Shown in pieces: positions 55,201-64,000 of a stretch of 64,000 nucleotides of DNA. Source of the stretch: Octopus vulgaris (Eukaryota). The stretch lies in NCBI GenBank assembly GCA_951406725.2, contig OX597823.1, forward strand, positions 115,630,001-115,694,000, read 5' to 3'. The position numbers were made by a program, and so were the translations under genes. Within the stretch, counting starts at the first letter, position 1; each line of letters opens with the position of its first letter. Below the pieces are notes generated by a model. It saw only the letters and a program-made list of their open reading frames with translations, did no database searches and had not been told where the DNA came from.

Positions 55201-56110
55201 GTACTTGTGAATATTTTTAGATGTCACACTGAATTACTGTCTGTTCTGAAAATGGAAATGCCTTAACCATTATTGGCTGTAATGCTTTATTTACTTAGCT
55301 GTAGAATTACATGGAATTAGTTTACATAAAGGGAAACTGATTGCGGCCTACCACTTCAAGTTATGTATGGTTATCTAGTCAATTGGTCAGCTGATTGCAG
55401 TTTCTCTTTTAAGACAACTACACAGATCCTGGCAGAATTAAACCAATATGATTGAATTGCATTATGTATCAGCCATAATGTATATGCATGTGTGTGTTTG
55501 TGTGAACACACACATATAATAGAAGACACCTGCCTGAGGTGCCGTGCTGTGGGACTGAACCTGAAACCATGTGACTGGAAAGCAAACATTTTATCCACAC
55601 AGCCACACCAGCTCATGTGTGTGTGTGTGTGTGTGTGAATACACACATATCTATAATAAGCTTCTTTCAGCTTTTGCATACCAAATTCACTCACAAGGCC
55701 TTGGTCAGCCTGGGACCGTACTAGAAGACACCTGCCCATGGTGCCGTGCTGTGGGACTGAACCTGAAACCATGAGACTGGAAAGCAAACATCTTATCAAC
55801 ACAGCCACGCCAGCTGATGTGTGTGTGTGTGTGTGTGTGCATGTATTATATATGTGTGTGTTTGTGTGCATATATTATATATGTGTGGTGTGTCTGTGTG
55901 TCTTGTCTTGACATCATGTGATGGTTGTTAGCAAGCATCACCATCACACAAGTGATGTTGTTCCTTTCCAGTCTTCCATGGAAACAGGTGAAAAGTGGGG
56001 AACAGGAAGGGCATCCAGTCGTAGAAAATCTGCATCAACAAATTTTGTCTGACCCATGAAAGCTTGGAAAAGCGGATATTAAAATGATGAGGTTGATAAC
56101 GATAATATAT

Positions 56111-56154
<44 letters not shown>

Positions 56155-58229
56155 TTATGCTCTCTCACACACAAGCACACACACACACATGCACACACAC
56201 ACACACACCACACACTCTCACTTCTCACAAAAGAAGATTGATTGTGTTTATAATTTTATGATATAAAAACTAGATGAAGTAGAAGAAAAGAAAAATAGTG
56301 GTGCACTGAGTATGTTCTACAGAATTTTATCCTATTTGATTACAAACTGAAAATTTCACTAATTCCATGTTAGTGGAAATATGAAACTCGGAGTAACAGT
56401 GAAGCTTTCAGTTTGCTACACAACACCTACAATGCACATACATGCAGTTACATTGTAGAAGAGCTCTTTTAACCATTTAAGAGCACATGGAACCTATTGC
56501 ATTTATCCCCTCATTTCTTAACAGTACTGTCTATTATGAAGTGGCTAAAAGTTTCATTTCACTTGAGACTTGGTCACCGACCCAGTTTCACTGTCTCTGC
56601 TTAAAATCACTATTTTGATAAGCTATCATGGAATGTATCCCTGGCCCCTGTGCCTGTGGAATGTAAAAAGCACCCACTACACTCACGGAGTGGTTGGCAT
56701 TAGGAAGGGCATCCAGCTGTAGAAACACTGCCAGATCAAACTGGAGCCTGGTGCAGCCTCCTGGCTTCCCAGACCCTGGTCGAACCGCCCAACCCGGGCT
56801 AGCACAGAAAACGGACGTTAAACGATCATGATGATGATCTTCTTTGTTGTTCTTCTCCCTTTGTTTCTTAGTTACCTCCTTATATAATCATCATCATCAT
56901 CATCTAGTGTTTTTAATCCGGGTTTTGTCCCAGTTAACAAGGGTGGCTGGATCTACCTCAATGCCATAGCAACTTAGGTAGTGGGTGCAGCCCATCCCAA
57001 CCTTTTGGCTGGCTGGTGCCCATTCTCCTTTGCTATCATGAGGCTTTTTTGGAGCTGAATTTTCTACTGGAAGCATGCCTTTGCTTACCCCAACTTCAGT
57101 GTTTAGACATGAGTGGTCCCGAAACCAAAGCCTCTACCACAATTTTTAAGAAATGTGGTGGGAAACTAGCTCAGGAAGGCACTACTTTCTGAGACCCCTT
57201 TTGAAGCCCCACCTTACATATTCAGTCAATTTAATATATAAAGCAGTTCATTCATGTTTGTTCTTTTGTGTGTCGATGAATGTATGTACTTATTTTTTGC
57301 TGCATGTTAGGCCTGTGAGCGTACTGTATTTGTTGCTTTTGAGTTCTTTTTGTCACTTTTAGATTTTCAATTCTTATTTCTTTTGCCTTCTCTGATCATC
57401 ATCATTTAACATCCATGTCCCATGCTGGCATGGGTTGGGTGGTTTGCCAGGATCTGAAGACTGGATGGTGCACTAATGTTCACTTTGACATGGTTCCTAT
57501 GGCTTTACAGCATGAACTGGATGCTTTTTTCATGTCACCAACACCAGTGGGGTTGCCACGCAGCCTGCAAGACCAAGATCCCCTTCAAATGAGAGAGACT
57601 ATAGTAAAGAGGAAAGTGGCTTTATACTATGGGATGAGAGGTTAAAGTGAGAGAGAAGAGACTGCATTAGAACAGGTTTCTTGCTGTAGAGGTGCCACAC
57701 AGCTATAGAAGACTGGGTTGGAGCTGGAATGAGATAAAAATATTAGTAATGAAGTGGACACTTGCGGCATGAAGTGAGGTGGGTCATCAGAAAAAGAAGG
57801 GCAGCCAAGTAGAGTATGAGAGAGTGAAAAATGGTTAGAAATAGGGAATGGGTGAGAGGATGAATATTGTGGCTTTATTCTTTTATTCTTTTACTAGCTG
57901 ACCATGTGCTGTCAGTAATGACGGTTAATTGTAGTATTTTATATATAAATAAGGTGCATAATAATCACTCATACAAACATTCACATACTTCCCTTGTACA
58001 CACACACACACACACACACACATGCTCACACAGTTCAAACACTGGTTTTTTGACCCCTTCCTTCCTTATTCATCTATCACCCCCTTCCTTTCTCTCATTG
58101 CTATTACTTTCTCTCACTCCCTCTCAGTCAGGGCTATTACTCTCACTACTTCTCCTTCACTGAATCTCTATTTTCTCTCCTCCTCCGCATACAAATATAT
58201 GAAAACACTACGCTCATTATTATATTAGA

Positions 58230-58458
58230 TTCTTTTACTTGTTTCAGTCATTTAACTGTGGCCATGCTGGCACAAAGGGTCTTTTAGTCAAAGAAATTAA
58301 CCCTGAGACTTATTCTTTGTAAGCCTAGTACTTATTTATCGGTCTCTTTTGCCAAACTCCTGAGTTATGGGGACATAAACACACCAACGTCGGTTGTCAA
58401 GTAATGACGGGGAACAAAGACACACACTCACATACACACACATACATACATACATGCT

Positions 58459-58491
<33 letters not shown>

Positions 58492-58635
58492 GATGGGTTT
58501 CTTTCAGTTTCCGTCTACCAAATCCTCTCACAAGACTTTGGTTAACCCAAGGCTATAGTAGAAGACACTTGCCCAAGGTGCCATGCAGTCGGACTGAACT
58601 TGGAACCATTTGGTGTGGAAACACAGCAATGCCTG
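58230..58635 (-). mobile_element. SINE family A
   Basis: Reverse copy. Further diverged or partial copies are at ~570-890, 2720-2905, 8100-8280, 11790-11940, 17250-17405, 50515-50955, 53910-54050 and 55520-55810. Confidence 0.8.
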
Positions 58636-59259
58636 TTCAAAAATTATAAGAAGGGTGTATAGAAAGGAGGAAAAAGTTGGTGATGAATGTAGAAACTGGG
58701 TAGACTTAAGGTGGGTGAAGGTTGACTAATAGTACATGAGTTGTGGGAAGGTAGGGGTGAGATGATAGACAGTGCAGAAAAGAGGTGGCAAAGAGCACCA
58801 GAATAGTAATAATAATAATGCTGATACAGTTGACAAGGGAACTAAGAGAGAGGATGGATGAAAGAGTGAAGGGAAGGTGACATGTTGGCGTGTAGGTTGT
58901 GAGTGTGTGGGGGTAAGACATAGAAAGTGGAGTAGGGAGATGTATGGTGGTGGAAGAGAGATAATTTGGTGGTTCTGGAGGGTGGTCAATGTAAAATGTG
59001 GATGGAGAGAAGAGTATTGAGAACGGAAGATGGGTAACAGTGAAATGGTTCTGAGTGCTAAAAGGGATGGGTGGAAGTATGAAGGAGAAAAATGAAGTAT
59101 ACAGTTCTGTGTTCTACTCATATTTGATAACAGCTGCAATATTGTGCGGTTAAAGACATGATAGGTGGTGGGAATAGCTTAAGGATAAAATTGAGTAGAA
59201 GGGGAAATTGTATATTTTGCTTCCAGAATCTCAGTTTCTTTGAGGTTAGGCAGGATTCC

Positions 59260-59540
59260 TCAGTCATCTGAGTCTTTTGTCATCTCGTACATGCAGTTTA
59301 AGGTCCTGAAATCAGCCTTTGTTTACCACTTTGTTCCTTCTTCTTAGGTTTCCCTTTTCCACAATCTCCGTCTTCATTAAGGGAACAGTACTTCTTTATA
59401 CAGCTATCCCCATCCATATGCATCTGCACCAGTGCAGTTTTCTTTCTTGCGCCCTTCATCTAATGTCTTTTATGCTCAGTTTTTCTGCTAATGCATTTCT
59501 TTTTTGTCTTTCGTGCACATTTTTGAAATTCTCTTGTTGA
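59260..59540 (-). mobile_element. RTE-like LINE 3' fragment
   Basis: Homologous to 16225-16545 (KLSIKDIR...RKLHWCRCIWMG...GKGKPKK). Confidence 0.55.
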
Positions 59541-60351
59541 GGATGCTAGCTTCATCCCTTCCCATATAAAGTATGAAGAAGGATTATATACTAGTAGGAG
59601 TATTGTTCATAAGGTATTATATTATGTATAATACTCCTTGAAATTTACAAAGGAGAGACACCCTAGAGTATACGTAAAGATTGAATGAGCATTAGAACCA
59701 ATATACTGGGAAAAATCTTCCATCTCTATTTTCCCAACATTTACCAGCTAAATGCAACGGTTCAGTCAATGGATTCAGTATAAATATTATATCTATACAT
59801 CCATATCATACACTGCTAAAACAGCTGACTGAATTGAATCAGCTTGAATACAAGAGTACAAAGTGAGCTTGAATCAAAAGTAGAAACAAGGTAATCAATG
59901 CATCGTACAAATGAATTACATACACCGCCACTAATATTACTTTATGCACACATACATATTTGGCCCTTCTCTTCAGGGCCCAGCTATTAATTCATTGATA
60001 GTCTATAAAGTTCAGATGAAGCCCATACAATATCGCTCTCACATCTAGCACAGTGCCATGGAGACATTCCAGACCGCTTGTCGCAAAAGGTCACCAAACG
60101 GATTGACATAAAATCATGCATAGAGAAGCTCCAACTGCTTACTCGCAGATGCTTTCTTTCCTCTCCTTCTGCCTTTTCTACTACTATGATAATGACCTCT
60201 GCTCCTCAGATCTGACTGAGTTCATGCCACTGTCACTCAGGTATTCTTGTCCTACTTGTCTCTCCTCTTCTAATCATCCTTGTTGTATCCAATTCCTGAG
60301 CCTCGTACTCATGTTTTGTATCTTTTATACATAATGGCCCTATTCTGTTAG

Positions 60352-60488
60352 ATGTAATTTGATAACTGCATGCAGCTGGTAAAATGCTGGATACAATTGC
60401 TCTATTCATTACAGGGACATTTGTGATACAGTCTTTCTTGACTCTGAGGTCTGTCAGAGACCTTGGGTTATTTTACTATAGACAAAAG
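60352..60488 (+). other. Possible host exon (speculative)
   Basis: CTATTCTGTTAG acceptor-like site, ATG at 60384 open for 35 codons (MLDTIALFITGTFVIQSFLTLRSVRDLGLFYYRQK), and a strong AAG|GTAAGA donor. No recognised homology. Confidence 0.2.
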
Positions 60489-61207
60489 GTAAGAAAAATA
60501 AATGAAATACTAAATTTCCCTCCAACTATTCCAATATAAAGCAATTCATTTTTTTTTCATTATATTTTCATACGACCATGCCATTTTCAATATAAAGCCA
60601 CACCCTGCATAATTAAATTTTATGTTGCATTATTTGAGGCTGGATATTAAATTGTGAGAAGGTGGAACCAAGCTGGAACCAAGATATTGTCAGACATCAT
60701 TGGATGGGCTATAATCATAATTGGTTTTTGAAACTTACTTTTGAAGGAACAATTGATTTAAATTCTCCCTAACACTTGATTGCTAAATGTTTTATTACAC
60801 ATCGAATGATGAAAGGCTGAGCTGACTGGGATTTGAACTCAAGATGTTGGGTGATGTAAAGTGAATACTGCATTAGATCCATCCCTCTACTACTTTCAAA
60901 TTTGACTTCTAGCAAGGCTGCACATTCTATAAGAGTAGAACTGTTGATCAAATTAAATCTGTTGTCTGATTACTAATTATTTTATCAACAGATGGAAGAT
61001 TTAAGTTGACTGCAAGGGAATTTGAAAAGACAATATAAAACAATGCATCTAAGTACTGCAGGGTATGTTGACTAGTGCTGCACCAATTTTGACAGTACAT
61101 TATACTGTAGGCTTCAGCGATACTGAGCATAATGATGATGATGGCAATCTAATAATTTGGAACAGATGAAAGTTCATTATAGATGAGTCTATAATAATGT
61201 TAGATAT

Positions 61208-61590
61208 AGGCACAGGAGTGGCTGTGTGGTAAGTAGCTTGCTTACCAACCACATGGTTCCGGGTTCAGTCCCACTGCGTGGCACCTTGGGCAAGTGTCTT
61301 CTACTATAGCCTCGGGCTGGCCAAAGCCTTGTGAGTGGATTTGGTTGACAGAAACTGAAAGAAGCCTGCTGTATATATGTATGTATGTATGTGTCTGTGT
61401 TTGTCCCCCCAACATCGCTTGACAACCAATGTTGGTGTGTTTACGTCCCTGTAACCTAGCGGTTCGGCAAAAGAGACCGATAGAATAAGTTCTAGGCTTA
61501 CAAAGAATAAGTCCTGGGGTCAATTTGCTCAACTAAAGGTGGTGCTCCAGCATGGCCACAGTCAAATGACTGAAACAAGTAAAAGAGAGT
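61208..61590 (+). mobile_element. SINE family A
   Basis: Full-length copy. Confidence 0.85.
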
Positions 61591-62084
61591 ATAGGCATAT
61601 GACTGTTTTAACTGATGCAAGTCAGCTGCTAACTTTGTCATCGTTTGCATCTGTTGGGGTGGGTGTGTAGGCCCTCCAGGACTGGTTGATGCTGTTTAAT
61701 GTTCCACTTAGACTTCTGTGAATTTCATTGACCCCCAAAGGATGAAACAGAAAACTGACCTTGAGCAGATTTGAAATCAGAGTTCAGAGAACTAGAACAA
61801 ATTTGAGGTAGTCTGTTTGATGCCCTAACAGCCCTGCCAGTATGCCACTTTAATTGTTTCAACACCTGATTTATAATAAATCAGTCAATATTCAACCCCT
61901 GCTCTTCATTTGCATAGTAGACCACCCCGTTGCTACTCCACTTCCAAATAAAGACATATTGCCCATATATAACAACAACAACAACAACAACAACAATAAT
62001 AATAATAATAATAATAATATTAATAATAACAATAATAATAATAATAAACAACAACAACAATAATTATAATGAGAATAATAATAA

Positions 62085-62685
62085 TAAATGCCCTGATGCA
62101 GTACCATAAATGCCCTGATGCAGTATAAATGCCCTGATGCAGTACCAGGCAGTGGCTCTCATGGCTTCTGATCTTAACTGATTGGAAGTGTTATCATGTA
62201 CATTGTTTTGTCTTGGTATAAAAGATGGGCTACAGCAAATATTCTGCTCAATACCACAGATTTGCTTGTCAGTTGTTTGACCTTAACCAGTTGAACATGT
62301 CCCTTAGTGGCTGACGATATGTGCATCTCTGATCATGAGCAGAAGTAGTTGGGGAGCATCATAGCCATGTGTTGAGAGGGATTCTTTGGGGTTTGAATAA
62401 TTCACCTCTGGAAACATGGGTGTTTCATTCAACATCCTTAAACAAACCTTATTCAGGGACCTTTTGAGCGGGATGGGCTACTCGACCAGAAGAAAATTCT
62501 AACTGGGCCCCACCTGCAAGGTCATGTGCTGTTTATCTTGATATGAGATCACCATGTTATGCACATATGGTTATGATGCATGTACCTGGTGTACCCTTAT
62601 CAGATGTGTAGTCATGATGGGTATACTGGGCTTCGTATATTTTACCCCAGTGTCACTTTGATGGCATGCACTGCTCTCTCACTCA
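62085..62685. mobile_element. Unclassified ~600-bp interspersed-repeat-like insert embedded in an (AAT)n tract
   Basis: Higher-GC block flanked by (AAT/AAC)n on both sides; its left end TAAATGCCCTGATGCAGTA is triplicated. Confidence 0.55.
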
Positions 62686-63260
62686 ATAATAATAATAATA
62701 ATAATAACAATAACAATAAAGCTAATGACAATTTGAACAGAATTGGAGATGGCCACTTACTAATGACTTCCTTTGTTGTTTTCTATTCAGAACATGAAAG
62801 ACTAATGTGAATTGTTGTAAACTATTTGCTGTAGTTTCTGTTTTTCATTCTTTCCTTTTCTTTTTGTTTATGTTTTGAAAAATGTTCTTATTCCATTATC
62901 AAAATTCAGCCGATTGATATTTGATATTAATAATTTATTTATCCATCAATAGAGGTAAGAGAAAACCATTTAAGTTGACTAGAGGCATCAGGCTTTGATA
63001 ACTACAAGAAAAGAAACTTTCAGTAATAAGATCTGATCCTGTTAATTAAAAGTTGCCCTATTAAGCTGGTGATAGTGTTGATAGGAGTAATTTAGTGAAT
63101 TTAAAGAACACAAAATGATAGTAATCTGAATGATGGTAAGTTGTCTAAAACAGACAAATCTGTGAATCTTTGCTAAAACATTTCATGGTAGAATGTCAAC
63201 CTTATTGTTCAATAAAATGAACTTGAAGCTATTGAGAATAAAACAAAACAGTGTAGATGC

Positions 63261-63672
63261 AGGTGCAGGAGTGGCTGTGTGGTAAGTAGCTTGCTTACCA
63301 GCCACATGGTTCTGGGTTCAGTCCCACTGCATGGCACCTTGGGCAAGTGTCTTCTACTATAGCCTCGGGCCGACCAAAACCCTTGTGAGTGGATTTGGTA
63401 GACGGAAACTGAAAGAAGCCCATCGTATATATGTATATATATATGTGTATGTGTGTGTATATGTTTGTGTGTTTGTGTTTGTCCCCCAACATTGCTTGAC
63501 AATCGATGCTGGTGTGTTTACGTCCCCGTAACTTAGCGGTTCGGCAAAGGTGACTGATAGAATAAGTACTAGGCTTACAAAAAATAAGTGCTGGGGTTGA
63601 TTTGCTCGACTAAAGGCGGTGCTCCAGCATGGCCGCAGTCAAATGACTGAAACAAGTAAAAGAGTAAAGAGT
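63261..63672 (+). mobile_element. SINE family A
   Basis: Full-length copy. Confidence 0.85.
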
Positions 63673-64000
63673 AATATTTCTGCTAGAGATAAAGATGGTA
63701 ATAATCTGAAAGTAACAAAGGAAATAGCTTTGTGCCAAATTAGACACTTAACAATATCTACGCCATTAGTTTTCCATTCTGTGTTCATATTATTCAGGAG
63801 CTGAAGCATTTCTTTTCACAACCATCAGAGCACGAAGTGCTCCTCATGAACGCAGGTTTGTGAGATGGCTGTGATCTGTAAACAGCTTTGAGTTGGAACT
63901 GGAAAGGGAAGTATGTGCACACTGAATTCATAAAACAGAAGAGAAGAATAAAAACCACAATGTGTATGTCAAAATAACATGAAAGAGAAGAATAAAATAA

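Noticed and set aside
61803-61825. TGAGGTAG let-7-like seed
   Set aside because: The match ends after the seed, lies in a decayed SINE and has no precursor hairpin.

Overview
AT-rich, repeat-dense eukaryotic non-coding DNA. The repeat families (tRNA-derived SINEs with (TA)/(CA)/(GAT) tails, RTE LINE debris, very long microsatellites) point to an octopus/cephalopod genome, probably a large intron or intergenic stretch. No intact host gene is supportable, and nearly all listed ORFs are microsatellite or SINE artefacts. Real coding remnants are a 5'-truncated Penelope-like retroelement (RT + GIY-YIG, minus strand, ~35001-39272), two mariner transposase fragments and several RTE fragments. The main signal is a set of type I hammerhead ribozyme motifs from about six unrelated sequence families. 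One lies at the 3' end of the Penelope element. Several sit in short palindromic (inverted-dimer) elements, including a family with a tRNA-like Pol III head upstream of the ribozyme. One sits between ~120-bp direct repeats like a retrozyme. Together they suggest an ecosystem of non-autonomous ribozyme-bearing elements that may depend on Penelope. All structures were read by eye and coordinates are approximate to a few bases.
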